Positions 27,901 through 38,742 of a stretch of 63,212 nt of DNA are shown here, in pieces. Where the stretch lies: IMG/VR virus record IMGVR_UViG_3300012667_000136, positions 1 to 63,212 of that record. The stretch is one strand, 5' to 3'. The notes beneath the pieces are model-generated. The model was given only the letters and a program-made list of their open reading frames with translations, was not told where the DNA came from and ran no database searches. The position numbers and the translations under genes are program-made. The stretch comes from a virus. Taxonomy: Duplodnaviria; Caudoviricetes. Within the stretch, counting starts at the first letter, position 1; each line of letters starts with the position of its first letter.

Positions 27901-30900
27901 ACAGTTGTTGAATGGAGTTGATTACGAATTTAATTCTACATTTGGATTTGTTAAATTATTAATTACATTGTCCGAGAATGATACTATTCGCATTCGTGAA
28001 TACATATCAACTTCGTCAAACTTTATTCCACCAACACCTACAAAATTAGGGTTATATAGAAAATATACACCTATGAAGTTTTTGGATACAACATATGTCG
28101 AGCCAAAGGAAGTAATACAAGGTCACGACGGAAGTATCACAGTTGCGTACGGTGACTTCAGAGATGATGTATTATTAGAATTAGAAAAACGTATCTACAA
28201 TAATATTAAACAACAGTACGACGAATCAATTTTTGATAACGATGCAGTATTAGGTGGTTATTATGGTAATGCCGAGTACAATAAAACAGTAGTAGATGAT
28301 ATCATTGCTCCTGAATTTTTAAAGTGGATTTCTGATACAAATATTGATTATGTAAACAATACGTATTTTGATAGCGAGAATAGTTTTACCTATACTTACT
28401 CTAATATGGTAGATCCTACAAGTACTAAAAATCTACCAGGTTACTGGAGAGGAGTTTACAAGTGGTTCTACGATACTGACAGACCACATCGTTGCCCTTG
28501 GGAAATGTTAGGGTTCTCAGAGAAGCCAACTTGGTGGGAAAGCGAGTACGGCCCAGCACCTTACACAAGTAATAACTTAATACTGTGGGAAGACCTACGA
28601 GACGGTATTATTCGCCAAGGTGAAAGAGCAGGAATTCGAGACAGATACAAGCGTCCGTCTATAATGAAACATATTCCTGTAGACGAAGATGGAAATTTAA
28701 TCAGTCCATTAGATTCTAATCTTGCAGGCAATTTTACATTAACTAACAATAAAGGTTTATTTGTATTAGGTGATCAAGGCCCTGTTGAAGCTGCATGGCG
28801 TTTGAGTTCAGAGTGGCCATTTGCAACAGTGTTGGCGTTATGTTTGTTAAAGCCGTTCGAGTACATCACTGACAACTTCAACAAGTCTGAAACTATTCTG
28901 AATAATGTCGGACAAACTGTTAATAAAAATTCTAACGAATTCTTCACAGTTGATGATTTAGTTTACAACTCGTCAGCAGCATCGGGATTAGTATCTTACG
29001 TTGTAAATTATTTAAAGAGTAAAACAATTCCGGTTGAAACCTTAAGTAACAAATTATCTAATATTGATGTTAGGTTAACAAACCGTTTGTCTGGATTTGT
29101 TGATCAAACTCAACAAAAGTATGTATTGGACAGTAAAAATCCTAAGTCCACAACAAGTAGTATTTTTATCCCACAAGAAAATTACAACATTATTTTCAAT
29201 GTAAGCTCACCAATTTACTCGTTAGCATATAGTGGTGTGATTATTGAGAAGACTAATCAAGGCTACAAGATCACTGGTTATGATAGTAAAGATCCGTATT
29301 TTACATATTATAAACCAGTCATTAGTCAAACTGATCCTTTAATTTCAGTTGGCGGTGTTAGTGAGAATTTCTTAACATGGACCGCTAATAAGTTTTATGG
29401 AAACGGCGTAATTGTAAAAGATGGACAAACTTATTACAGAAGTATAAAGAGTCACACAAGTGGCGATTCCTTTGATTTAACAGCATGGAAGCAATTACCT
29501 TCATTGCCATTAACTAATGCTGTCGAGGCGTTAAGAAGACGCCGATTTAATAAATTAAAAACTTCTAGACTGAACTACGGTACAATTATGACTTCGATTC
29601 AAGAAGTTGTAGATTTTATGCTAGGTTATCAAGAATACTTAATTAGTGTAGGATTTGTTTTTGACGGGTACGACTCTGCAACACAAACAACTTACGATTG
29701 GTTCACTTCTGTAAAAGAATTTATGTTTTGGACAAAGCATAATTGGAGTGACGGATCCCTATTAACATTGAGCCCTAACTCTCAGAAAGTTGAAGTTCAA
29801 GTGGCACTAGGAGTTGCTGACAGTTTCTTAGATAGTTTTTATGATTATCAAATTTTACAAGACGACGGAACACCGTTACGTCCAGAATTCATTGAAGTAA
29901 GTAGAGACTATAAAACATTGTCTCTGTCAACAATTAATACAAACCGTGGTATCTATTTCTTGAGAGCAAACTTTGTTCTCAAAGAACATGTGGTAATATT
30001 TGATGACAAAACAGTGTTCAACGATATATTATACGATAAGCCAACCGGATATCGTCAAGAACGTATCAAAGCTAGAGGCTTCCGCACAGTTGATTGGGAC
30101 GGTGACTACACTAGCCCGGGCTTCTTGTTTGACAATGTTAATATCCAGGTATGGCAACCATTTACTGATTATAAGTTAGGTGATATTGTAGCTTATAAGA
30201 GTTACTACTGGACAAGCAAGAGTAATCAATTAGGCACAGAGTCGTTCAATGATACAATCTGGACAAAGTTAGATTCAACACCAACTAAAGGACTTCTGTC
30301 AAACTTCGATTATAGGATTAATCAGTTTGAAGATTATTATGAAGTTGACACAGACGGTGTTGGCTCAAGTCAGCGCGACCTAGCTAGACATGCTATTGGA
30401 TACCAACCAAGAGAATACTTACAAGGTTTAGCCGAAGACGAAATTACACAATTTAGACTATATCAAGGTTTCATTAAAGAAAAAGGAACTAACAACGCCA
30501 TTACTAAAGTTTTTGATAAACTTAGTAAGACACAAGATGACGGAGTTGTGCTTAACGAAGAGTGGGCATTTAAAGTCGGCGAATTCGGCGGAGTTGATCA
30601 ACTTAGAGAAATAGAGTTTGAGATTTCAAAAGATGATCTACAAGTTAACCCGCAACCTACATTAATCGTTGAATCAAAGAGTTCGATTATTTCTGATCAG
30701 AATTTACGAATTGATCCGTCGAGATTTACAATTAGCCCTGCTCAGTTTACTACTGATATTACACCGACGGCGCTATTTGATAGTCCGTCACGTTCGGCAG
30801 GATATGTGCATCTCGACGATGTTGAGTTTATTGTAAAGACTAGAGATGATATTTTAGATATTAATATTTTAACAGTAAACGAAAATGATCACTTTTGGGT

Positions 30901-33900
30901 AACATTTGATTCGTACAAATGGACAGTGTTGCGATATAACGAAACATTATCCTTAAGGATTATTTCGTTAGTAAAGTCAGGTAATGATGTAACAATCCAA
31001 TTAAACAGAACTCATAATTTTGTTATTGGTGACATTATCGGCATTACTAAAGTTTTTAACTTAACAGGTTTCTACAAAATAACATCTGTAGACAGCACAA
31101 CCGTTACTGTATCTTCCACAGGAGATGATCCTGCGATTGAAGATAGTACATCAGCAGTGGTTGGAACTTTTACTGAAGCAAGATTTAATACTTATCAAGG
31201 AGTAGACTACCAGAGTACAGCCTTGCTGGCAACTGGATCTAAGTTATGGATTGACTCTACTGAGACAGGAACTTGGGAAGTTGTTGAAAAGATTAAACAG
31301 TATCAGACATATGATTTAGTAGATTATGGTATTACTGTGCCGGTAAGAACAGGTACTGCGGTTGTATACCTTGAACCTTATAAACAGGTAGCAACCTCGT
31401 TGCCTGCATCGAACTATGTAATGATATATTCGGATAGAACTAATGTTAACCAAGCATTGGGCCTAAAACAAATTATTTCAGCTCCATCTGGATTTGAATA
31501 TGCAGTTGACGGAGTATTTGGAAAAGTGTTGGCAGTAAGTCCGGACTACAAATGGTTGGCAATATCAACACCTACTGCATCGGCAGTTCCTAATCCATAT
31601 ATGGGAGAGTTAACTACTCGTAGTTATTTGGCCGGTGAAGTTGTATTGTACAACGGAAAACTATGGAAGGCTAAAATAAACACTTTACCGTCTGATGGTA
31701 GTTCGATCACATTGAATACAGAAGACTGGGAACCAGCAACACTTGTTGAAGCAAACTCAACAAGCCGCGGCACTGGTGTTGTTAATCAAGGTATGGTGTC
31801 ATTATACACTTACGTTAATGATCAATGGGAAAACGTTTACAACATTGTAAGTCCGCGTCAAGCAACAGATGAGAGATTCGGTAGTGCAGTAACATTTGGA
31901 GTAAATGGTTCTACCTATTACATGGCAGTATCGGCAATAGGATCATTATGCGATCCAGCAATAGGTTATGCTACTGGTAAAGGCAGAGTATATCTGTACT
32001 ATTACAATGGCACTAACTGGACACATCACGAAAACCCAAATTATATGGGAGTCTACGATCCGTCTCCGTCTGTAGAATATCCAGCAGGCAGTGTTGTATG
32101 GTCTAATGATAGTCTATGGCAAGCGTTGATCGATACAAACGGCGACGGCAGCACGTTGACTCTTGAGTCAACAGAGTGGGTACAGCTAGATGATGTAACG
32201 ACTGAGAATTCTCTACCGTCGAACGTAGCAATAGAAGACGACGGGTCGACATTAGCCGCAGGTTTATTGGATCCTACTCAACTTGCAGAGTTGATTAAGG
32301 ACGGCGACAATTTTGGTTATAGTCTAACAATGTCTAGAGATGCTAGCATCCTAGTCGTTGGTGCTCCTAACAGTGACGGTAGATATATCCCTAACTTTAG
32401 AGGACTATGGAATCCTTACCAAGAATACAGAGCAGGAGATGCTGTAAAATACCAAGACAACTATTATGTACTCGATGATACAGTATCTACAACTGTAAGC
32501 ATTAACGAAGAACCAACAAGCGGAAGCCCTTGGGTATATGAGAGTAATGACGATTTTACAACAACTGGTAAGGTATTTGTATATCAACGAAATAGCAATG
32601 GAATATTTGCATTAACTCAAACTATCACAAATCAGTCATTAGAAAGTATTAATGACATTGGATCGTTGGGATCAATAGCGTCTGGTGACAACTTTGGTAC
32701 CTCTATTGATATAGATGCCGCCGGCACAACGCTAATTGTTAGTAGCCCTACCGCGGATATACAAAAACAAAATCAAGGCGCTGTATACGTCTTTAAACGC
32801 AGCGTAGGTGCATTAGAGTTTAGATTAGTTCAGAAGCTACAAAGCTACGAAAACTATACTAATGAATATTTTGGTTCTAGCATATCTATTAGTGCTGCAA
32901 CAGAACGAGTTGTTATTGGCGCTAAAAATGCAGGGTACAGCCTTCCAACAGGATTTGAAAATGGTACTACTTTTGATAGACGTAGAACATCGTTTGCAGA
33001 TCCAGGTGGGTTCCCAGGCCAAGTTTATGTATATGAAAGAAAAGATCAAGGATACATCTTAGCTGAAAAGCTACAAGCAGACTTTAGAGATTATGAATCT
33101 TTCGGAGCATCTGTTGATTGTACAAACTCTGTCATTGTAGTAGGATCACCTAATTATCAACTTGAAGGAGCACCGATCGGTAAAATCAGATTGTTTAAGA
33201 AAACTGCAAACAAGGATAGCATTAATACTATCCGAGCTCAAGGTGAACAAGTTGATTTAAATTCTTTGAAGAATATTGAATTGTATGATCCACAAAAGAA
33301 TATAAAGATTTCTGACATTGATGTAGTTGATCATTTTAAATTAAAAATTCTTAGCATTGCAGAGCAGGATATTAAATTTAAAACAATTTATGATCCTGCA
33401 ACATATATGTTAGCAACTGACGATCAGACAATTGATGCAGGACAGGCATGGTTCGAAGATCATGTAGGCGAAGTATGGTGGGACCTAAGTGCAGTAAAGT
33501 TTTTAAATGCTGAACAAGGTGATCTATCTTATAAAGTGGGTAACTGGAATACACAGGTAGAAGGATCGTCTGTCGATGTCTACGAATGGGTTGAAACTCC
33601 TTTGCTACCATCCGAGTGGAGTATTTTAGCCGATACTACTCCGGGACTAGTTGAAGGAATCAGCGGACAACCAAAGTTTGCTGATGATACCGTCTATAAT
33701 ACAAAAGTATTATACAATCCTACAACAGGTCTAGCAACTAGTACCCTATATTATTTCTGGGTTAAGAATAAAACAATATTACCTGCCCAGAAAGACAGAA
33801 GAGTTTCAGTCTCTACGATTGCGTCATCTATTGCAAATCCAGTTGGAACAGGTATACCATTTGTTGCGCTAGTTGGTACTAACCAGTTAGCATTTTACAA

Positions 33901-36900
33901 TTTCTCTTCAGTAGTTAGTAACGATTCTGTATTAGTGAATATTGAATACAATAAAGATGATATCGAAGCTAACCCAGTACATAGAGAATATCAGTTATTA
34001 ACAGAAGGCGTTGCAGATAATATCCCTTCGGAGTTTTTAGAGAAGAAATGGATTGACAGTCTTGTAGGATTTGACGAGGCAGGAAATACTGTTCCTGATT
34101 TTAACTTATCATTGAAGCAACGATACGGCTTGAGTTTTAGACCAAGACAAACAATGTTTGTTAACAGAGCCAAGGCGTTGAAAATTGTTATAGATAACAT
34201 TAATACAGTGTTGGCATTGCGCCCATTTGTTGATACTATCAATTTTGAAAATCTAGCTGCTAAAGATTCTATTCCTAGTTCATTATTAAATGAGTATGAT
34301 TTAGAAGTAGACAACTATATCGATCTTGATCAAGTTGGTACTGTAAAAGTAAAACAGGCTGTTTTCTCAGTAAACATTATCAACGGTGAAATAGATACAA
34401 TTGATATTATTGATCCTGGATTCGGTTATAGAACAGCACCGTACGTTCAAATCCAAGGTACTGGAAAGAATGCCAAGGCCTCTATAACATTAGACACTCA
34501 AGGACGAGTATCGTCTATCACTGTAACTAACCGTGGTAAGAAGTACACGTCTGCAATCGTTAAGATTAGACCGTTCTCTGTATTAGTTAAAAACGATATA
34601 AGTGATAAAGGATTGTGGAGCATCTACTCCTGGGATCAACAACGTAAGATTTTCTATCGTAGTAAAGCCCAAGGTTACGATACAACAGCATATTGGGAAT
34701 ACACTGATTGGTGGGCGTCTGGATTCAGTTCATTATCTAGAATAACAACTGAACTTGATAGTTTCTACAAAGAACCAACTGTTTCTTTAGAACCAGGAAC
34801 ACTACTGCGAATCAAGGAATATTCCAACGGCGGCTGGGCAGTTCTAGAACGTACTGCTAATGGCGCAGGCAATTTGTTGTCTAATTACAATTTAGTTGGT
34901 AGACAAAATGGTACCATTGTAATTAAAGAATCTTTGTACAATGCATTAACTACTGCACTAGGATATGACAATGTTGGTTACTATGATGTAGCATTGTACG
35001 ACCTGCAACCTATTAGAGAATTGAGAAATATTCTATTGGCAGCAAAAGAAAATATATTCATTGATGATTTAGCTGTCGAATGGAACAAATTATTCTTCTC
35101 TTCTGTGCGATATGCATTCTCTGAGCAGCAGTATGTTGATTGGGCATTTAAAACAAGCTTCTTAAATGCTATTCACAATGTTGGAGATCTAGATCAACGT
35201 CCTAATTATAAAAACGACAATTTAGAAAGTTTCAGACAATACATCGAGGAAGTAAAGCCATATAGAACAACTATTAGAGAATACACAAGTCGTTATACCG
35301 AAAACGAAAACTATCAAGGTGGTACAATTGACTTTGATCTACCACCGGCGTATTCAGTAAGAGATGGAAAAATACTGCCAGTTAGTCAGAACTATAATAG
35401 ATTTAACGAATACCCTTGGAAATGGTGGGCAGATAACAACGGTTATTCTATAACATCAATTAACGTAGCATACAGTGGTGCAAATTATACCTCTCCGCCA
35501 ACAGTATTGATAAGTGGCAACGGAACTGGTGCAACTGCAACAGCGTTTATATCTAGTGGAAAAGTATCCGGTATCCGAGTTGATACTCCTGGATCCGGGT
35601 ATACTCAGATTCCTACAGTAGTGTTAGTAGGCGGTAACGGTACTTCTCAAAGTATTGCAAAAGCTTCTGCCATTATGGGAGACAGCGTAGTTAGAACATT
35701 TGATATAACTATGAAGTTCGACAGGATTAGCAAAGCTGGTGAATATCGAGCGTTTACACAAACTCAACAATTTGTAGCTACCGGGTATAGTGCTATCTTT
35801 AATTTAAATTATGCACCTACAAGAGATAAGACAAAAATCCAAGTCGTTAAAAATAGTGAGATTATTTTAAACAACGAATACGAGATTGATCTGTATCGTG
35901 ATTCAACTGACGGATTCTCCTTGCTAAAAGGAAAGTTAAGATTTTTAGCAGCACCTAAGGCAGGAGATGTAATAGTTGTTAGCTACGATAAAAACGATGA
36001 ATACCTAGATGCAGTTAATAGAATTAACAAGTATTACGCACCGTCGTCTGGAATGAAAGGAAACGAAGTTGGACAGTTAATGACAGGTATCGACTTTGGT
36101 GGTGTACAAGTTCAAGGTACTACATTTGATGTAACAGGCGGATGGGATGCGTTACCGTGGTTTACTGACAATTGGGATAGCGTTGAAAGCAATTCCGATT
36201 TCCATTATATTGCAGATGGAAGCACAACATATGTAGTATTGCCTTATATTCCTGAAAACAATGCTGTAATTTCAATCTATCTAAAACGAGTTACTGATTC
36301 GCGAGCAACTAGAATCGATGATCCTTATTTCTTAGAATACGACGGCATTACAGTTCAACCTAACGGAAGAACAACACCGTTGGCAAATGCATTAATGCCA
36401 TCTTTTATCGGTGATGGATCAACTAACGTTGTTCAATTGCACAACGCAACAACAGATGAAAATTACATTACAGGCGGTTTAGAAGTTGGTGATACACTAA
36501 TTTTCCGCAATATCGATAGCGATGGATCAGTAACTATCACAGACATTAATTTGTTAGATACTCGTATTAGCGGCGGAACATTAGCTAATGTTAGTAATGC
36601 ATATGTTACTGCAACTGGATTAACTCCAGAAGAAATTGTAATCGATGGTGATAAGTTTGTTAGTCCCGACCAAGTGCCAGCACCTGAAGAAAACTTACCC
36701 GGACAAGTGTTGGATAGTTTAAGCGTAAAAGTTTTCACAACTACTAGCCCTGGTTCAGCACCACTACAGTCTAAGGTTATTGTAAGTGACGGTGAAACAA
36801 GAATATTCGATATCGGATTAAGAGTTCTAGAATCTAAATCAGTTATGGTATATGTTGACAAAGTTAAGAAAGAAATTGATCTAGATTATATTATTAATTT

Positions 36901-38713
36901 TATTGATAATACCGTAGAATTTATTTCAGCCCCACTTGCTAGTACAGTAATAGAAATACTTTCTATTGGTATTGGCGGCATTGCTCTTATTGATTATCAA
37001 GAATTCGTTGCAGACGGAACAACTAGTTTGTTCCTTACTAAAGCAGTATATGCTCAAACAGCAGCAGTGCTAGTTACAATTGACGGTGAAGAAATTGAAA
37101 CCGGATTTGTAAATAGTGGCGAGTTTACAGATACTGTTGATAGAACATTAGTTCAGTTCGGCCAAGCGCCTGCGTTTAGACAGGTTGTAAAAATTGTTTG
37201 TTTCGGTCCTAGTACCGAGACAGATTCTACAGGAATACCTTTCATTAGAATCAATCAACAAACAATTGTTTTCGACGGAAGCAGCAGGACAGTTGATTTA
37301 GATAAGTTTGTATCACTATCTAGATCTTCGATCATGTCGTCAATTTTAGTAGAAGTTAACGGTACATACCTTAAAGGTATTGACACTACCTATGTTGTGT
37401 ACGACGGTACTAACAATGCACTCGAAGTAGGTGTTGATCCTGAAGAAGCCGTTGGTACAATTACATCGGGTGCAATTAAAGTATACATCAACAATGTATT
37501 ACAGCGATTTGTTATCGATTATACCTATAACGGTAATTTGAACCTAATTGAAATCCCAACTGGTAATTTAGCTCTTGAAGATGTAATCAGAATTGAAACT
37601 ACTACAAGAACACAATATTCTATAGAGAATGGTAGTATTGTATTTGCTGATGATTTAGTATTAGAAACCGACGACGTAGTTGTTGTTACCTGGTTTAGTG
37701 AATACCCAACCATGGATATTATCTCAGATGAGTATACAGGCGGCAAGGTTCAGTATCGATTACCAAGAGCTCCACTAAACATCAGCTATGTTTGGGTTTA
37801 TAAAAACGGTTCGAGACTAACCAGAGATCGTGACTATGCAATTTCCCTACCAAGAGCAGTTGTTACATTAAACGAACTAACAGTACCAACTGACGAAATT
37901 AAGATTGTTCAGTTTGGTAATATTGTATACGAGTCTCCTAAGGCATTTGAAATATTCAAGGATATGTTGAATAACTATCATTACAAGAGACATTCTAGAA
38001 AGAATACAGTTAAGTTAGTTAACGATTTGTATTATTATGATACATCAATAGTGTTAACTGATGCAAGCATGTTGCCTATTCCTATGCCTGCTAGAAACGT
38101 GCCAGGAGTAATAACAGTTAATAATGAACGAATTGAATATTTCTCGAAGACTGGAAATGTAATTTCTCAATTACGAAGAGGTAGCTTAGGAACAGCAATT
38201 GCTGAAAAGCATAAAGCAGGCAGTTTTGTAGTTGACGTTGGCTTTACAGAAACATTACCGTACTTAGAAACTCAAGAACGAACAGATTTTACCAGCGATG
38301 GTAGCAGTTTAATGATTGGGCCTCTAGATTTTATTCCTACCCAAGGAGTTCGATCTGAGTGGTATAGAGACACTATTCCTGCAGAATATGGTCCTTGTGA
38401 CGAGATCGAAATATTTGTTGGAGGCAAGCGTCTGAATAAGAATCCGCTAACTGTTTATGTCGAAGCCAACGGTGTAAGCAGTCCTTCTGCAGACGTAACA
38501 ATTGATGCTGAATTTAGTGTTGATGGCAGTTCTGCTTATATTCGATTAACTGACGTTGCTCCTGCAGGAACACGTATTACAGTTATTAGAAAACAAGGAA
38601 GAGTATGGTATGAAAGAGGTCAAGCATCCGCTAGCAAAGGAGTAACCTTACTATCTAATGCAACACCAGTGGCAGATTTCATCACAAATATGGGCACAGA
38701 ATTGCCCGAATAA
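24995..38713 (+). CDS. Giant (4572 aa) baseplate/virion structural protein with FG-GAP propeller repeats and CBM5/12-like modules
   Basis: Uninterrupted ORF after gp6 (gp7 position). FGYSLTMS..LVVGAP-type repeats, W...Y..GD.V.Y....W/Y modules, I.....G.GY...P.V repeats. Confidence 0.75.
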   Translation: MAQENFPDSQLPIRRTVELLPQVFQTEANKKFLSAVLDPLVQPGVLQKTVGYVGRRYGKTYNASDIYLDTDETLRSRYQLEPGVVITQNNTVTNFYDYLDFKNQIKFFGNKEEFDATITAQEHYSWNPPIDWDKFINYREYYWVPDGPPAVKILGQDQNIVSTYKIGLGVGSVFLFTPDGLTNNPALTLYRGQTYKFQVNVPGNGITFKTAIDTGTLLYNPLVAYSKGQLTVFNNQLWRALDNIPLGDGSTIDLATQDWEFVDDLQMTTVLNYDKGVTNNGAETGTITFEVPLDAPDVLFYQSATDPNRFGRFIISNIETNTKINVEKEIIGKETYTSSNGVELSNGMVIYFIGLVTPAKYADNNTKWLVEGVGTQITLTKFTDLIVSENLNNTAAEVLFDNGGFDSQPYDDAAAYPASKDYITINKSSIDSNPWSRYNRWFHRSTLDYSHSFNGSNFEAPESTRAKRPVIEFKPNLQLFNHGSTAKQTVDYVDDFTTDVFSVVEGSLGYIVDGESLFDGARVLVTADTDSLTNNQIYVVNFIKHNNVTQINLKKSDDSESLLGECVLVRRGNNNKGSMFHFNGTMWVKSQAKTAINQPPMFDMFDNNGVSFSDADTYPVSSFVGTKVLSYKLGSSVVDSELGFSLSYLNINNVGDIQFEFDLDADSFNYKIQQSVYTKNISTGFLKFNGIETYNNGWTVLDTDLTQPIIDSIAVTSASNVITSTAVDWDNVTDSQIKKIVFYVNGVVTKKTWTRLNGTFTFSSNFAEGDVVTIKIFADLDPVTGYYEIPLGLEKNPLNEKIKTFTLGQAADHVLSGVELIDNFSGIYPGASNLRDISGYESKSKRFLKHSNIAPIAMVLLCDKEVNIVKSIQYAKKAYTDFKNTFIDLAYTQYYDQNSIDYVDTILEEISKTQNSSRPFSESDMIGSGAYTELNYVVEDEGIKTFALSEKFDLETLSSRAVYVYYNDTQLLNGVDYEFNSTFGFVKLLITLSENDTIRIREYISTSSNFIPPTPTKLGLYRKYTPMKFLDTTYVEPKEVIQGHDGSITVAYGDFRDDVLLELEKRIYNNIKQQYDESIFDNDAVLGGYYGNAEYNKTVVDDIIAPEFLKWISDTNIDYVNNTYFDSENSFTYTYSNMVDPTSTKNLPGYWRGVYKWFYDTDRPHRCPWEMLGFSEKPTWWESEYGPAPYTSNNLILWEDLRDGIIRQGERAGIRDRYKRPSIMKHIPVDEDGNLISPLDSNLAGNFTLTNNKGLFVLGDQGPVEAAWRLSSEWPFATVLALCLLKPFEYITDNFNKSETILNNVGQTVNKNSNEFFTVDDLVYNSSAASGLVSYVVNYLKSKTIPVETLSNKLSNIDVRLTNRLSGFVDQTQQKYVLDSKNPKSTTSSIFIPQENYNIIFNVSSPIYSLAYSGVIIEKTNQGYKITGYDSKDPYFTYYKPVISQTDPLISVGGVSENFLTWTANKFYGNGVIVKDGQTYYRSIKSHTSGDSFDLTAWKQLPSLPLTNAVEALRRRRFNKLKTSRLNYGTIMTSIQEVVDFMLGYQEYLISVGFVFDGYDSATQTTYDWFTSVKEFMFWTKHNWSDGSLLTLSPNSQKVEVQVALGVADSFLDSFYDYQILQDDGTPLRPEFIEVSRDYKTLSLSTINTNRGIYFLRANFVLKEHVVIFDDKTVFNDILYDKPTGYRQERIKARGFRTVDWDGDYTSPGFLFDNVNIQVWQPFTDYKLGDIVAYKSYYWTSKSNQLGTESFNDTIWTKLDSTPTKGLLSNFDYRINQFEDYYEVDTDGVGSSQRDLARHAIGYQPREYLQGLAEDEITQFRLYQGFIKEKGTNNAITKVFDKLSKTQDDGVVLNEEWAFKVGEFGGVDQLREIEFEISKDDLQVNPQPTLIVESKSSIISDQNLRIDPSRFTISPAQFTTDITPTALFDSPSRSAGYVHLDDVEFIVKTRDDILDINILTVNENDHFWVTFDSYKWTVLRYNETLSLRIISLVKSGNDVTIQLNRTHNFVIGDIIGITKVFNLTGFYKITSVDSTTVTVSSTGDDPAIEDSTSAVVGTFTEARFNTYQGVDYQSTALLATGSKLWIDSTETGTWEVVEKIKQYQTYDLVDYGITVPVRTGTAVVYLEPYKQVATSLPASNYVMIYSDRTNVNQALGLKQIISAPSGFEYAVDGVFGKVLAVSPDYKWLAISTPTASAVPNPYMGELTTRSYLAGEVVLYNGKLWKAKINTLPSDGSSITLNTEDWEPATLVEANSTSRGTGVVNQGMVSLYTYVNDQWENVYNIVSPRQATDERFGSAVTFGVNGSTYYMAVSAIGSLCDPAIGYATGKGRVYLYYYNGTNWTHHENPNYMGVYDPSPSVEYPAGSVVWSNDSLWQALIDTNGDGSTLTLESTEWVQLDDVTTENSLPSNVAIEDDGSTLAAGLLDPTQLAELIKDGDNFGYSLTMSRDASILVVGAPNSDGRYIPNFRGLWNPYQEYRAGDAVKYQDNYYVLDDTVSTTVSINEEPTSGSPWVYESNDDFTTTGKVFVYQRNSNGIFALTQTITNQSLESINDIGSLGSIASGDNFGTSIDIDAAGTTLIVSSPTADIQKQNQGAVYVFKRSVGALEFRLVQKLQSYENYTNEYFGSSISISAATERVVIGAKNAGYSLPTGFENGTTFDRRRTSFADPGGFPGQVYVYERKDQGYILAEKLQADFRDYESFGASVDCTNSVIVVGSPNYQLEGAPIGKIRLFKKTANKDSINTIRAQGEQVDLNSLKNIELYDPQKNIKISDIDVVDHFKLKILSIAEQDIKFKTIYDPATYMLATDDQTIDAGQAWFEDHVGEVWWDLSAVKFLNAEQGDLSYKVGNWNTQVEGSSVDVYEWVETPLLPSEWSILADTTPGLVEGISGQPKFADDTVYNTKVLYNPTTGLATSTLYYFWVKNKTILPAQKDRRVSVSTIASSIANPVGTGIPFVALVGTNQLAFYNFSSVVSNDSVLVNIEYNKDDIEANPVHREYQLLTEGVADNIPSEFLEKKWIDSLVGFDEAGNTVPDFNLSLKQRYGLSFRPRQTMFVNRAKALKIVIDNINTVLALRPFVDTINFENLAAKDSIPSSLLNEYDLEVDNYIDLDQVGTVKVKQAVFSVNIINGEIDTIDIIDPGFGYRTAPYVQIQGTGKNAKASITLDTQGRVSSITVTNRGKKYTSAIVKIRPFSVLVKNDISDKGLWSIYSWDQQRKIFYRSKAQGYDTTAYWEYTDWWASGFSSLSRITTELDSFYKEPTVSLEPGTLLRIKEYSNGGWAVLERTANGAGNLLSNYNLVGRQNGTIVIKESLYNALTTALGYDNVGYYDVALYDLQPIRELRNILLAAKENIFIDDLAVEWNKLFFSSVRYAFSEQQYVDWAFKTSFLNAIHNVGDLDQRPNYKNDNLESFRQYIEEVKPYRTTIREYTSRYTENENYQGGTIDFDLPPAYSVRDGKILPVSQNYNRFNEYPWKWWADNNGYSITSINVAYSGANYTSPPTVLISGNGTGATATAFISSGKVSGIRVDTPGSGYTQIPTVVLVGGNGTSQSIAKASAIMGDSVVRTFDITMKFDRISKAGEYRAFTQTQQFVATGYSAIFNLNYAPTRDKTKIQVVKNSEIILNNEYEIDLYRDSTDGFSLLKGKLRFLAAPKAGDVIVVSYDKNDEYLDAVNRINKYYAPSSGMKGNEVGQLMTGIDFGGVQVQGTTFDVTGGWDALPWFTDNWDSVESNSDFHYIADGSTTYVVLPYIPENNAVISIYLKRVTDSRATRIDDPYFLEYDGITVQPNGRTTPLANALMPSFIGDGSTNVVQLHNATTDENYITGGLEVGDTLIFRNIDSDGSVTITDINLLDTRISGGTLANVSNAYVTATGLTPEEIVIDGDKFVSPDQVPAPEENLPGQVLDSLSVKVFTTTSPGSAPLQSKVIVSDGETRIFDIGLRVLESKSVMVYVDKVKKEIDLDYIINFIDNTVEFISAPLASTVIEILSIGIGGIALIDYQEFVADGTTSLFLTKAVYAQTAAVLVTIDGEEIETGFVNSGEFTDTVDRTLVQFGQAPAFRQVVKIVCFGPSTETDSTGIPFIRINQQTIVFDGSSRTVDLDKFVSLSRSSIMSSILVEVNGTYLKGIDTTYVVYDGTNNALEVGVDPEEAVGTITSGAIKVYINNVLQRFVIDYTYNGNLNLIEIPTGNLALEDVIRIETTTRTQYSIENGSIVFADDLVLETDDVVVVTWFSEYPTMDIISDEYTGGKVQYRLPRAPLNISYVWVYKNGSRLTRDRDYAISLPRAVVTLNELTVPTDEIKIVQFGNIVYESPKAFEIFKDMLNNYHYKRHSRKNTVKLVNDLYYYDTSIVLTDASMLPIPMPARNVPGVITVNNERIEYFSKTGNVISQLRRGSLGTAIAEKHKAGSFVVDVGFTETLPYLETQERTDFTSDGSSLMIGPLDFIPTQGVRSEWYRDTIPAEYGPCDEIEIFVGGKRLNKNPLTVYVEANGVSSPSADVTIDAEFSVDGSSAYIRLTDVAPAGTRITVIRKQGRVWYERGQASASKGVTLLSNATPVADFITNMGTELPE

Positions 38714-38716
38714 ATA
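38710..38716 (+). promoter_or_regulatory. T4-late-type promoter (ATAAATA)
   Basis: Overlaps the stop of the giant gene, upstream of 38743. Confidence 0.55.
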
Positions 38717-38742
38717 ACATATAAAACAAATCAGAGATTAAC

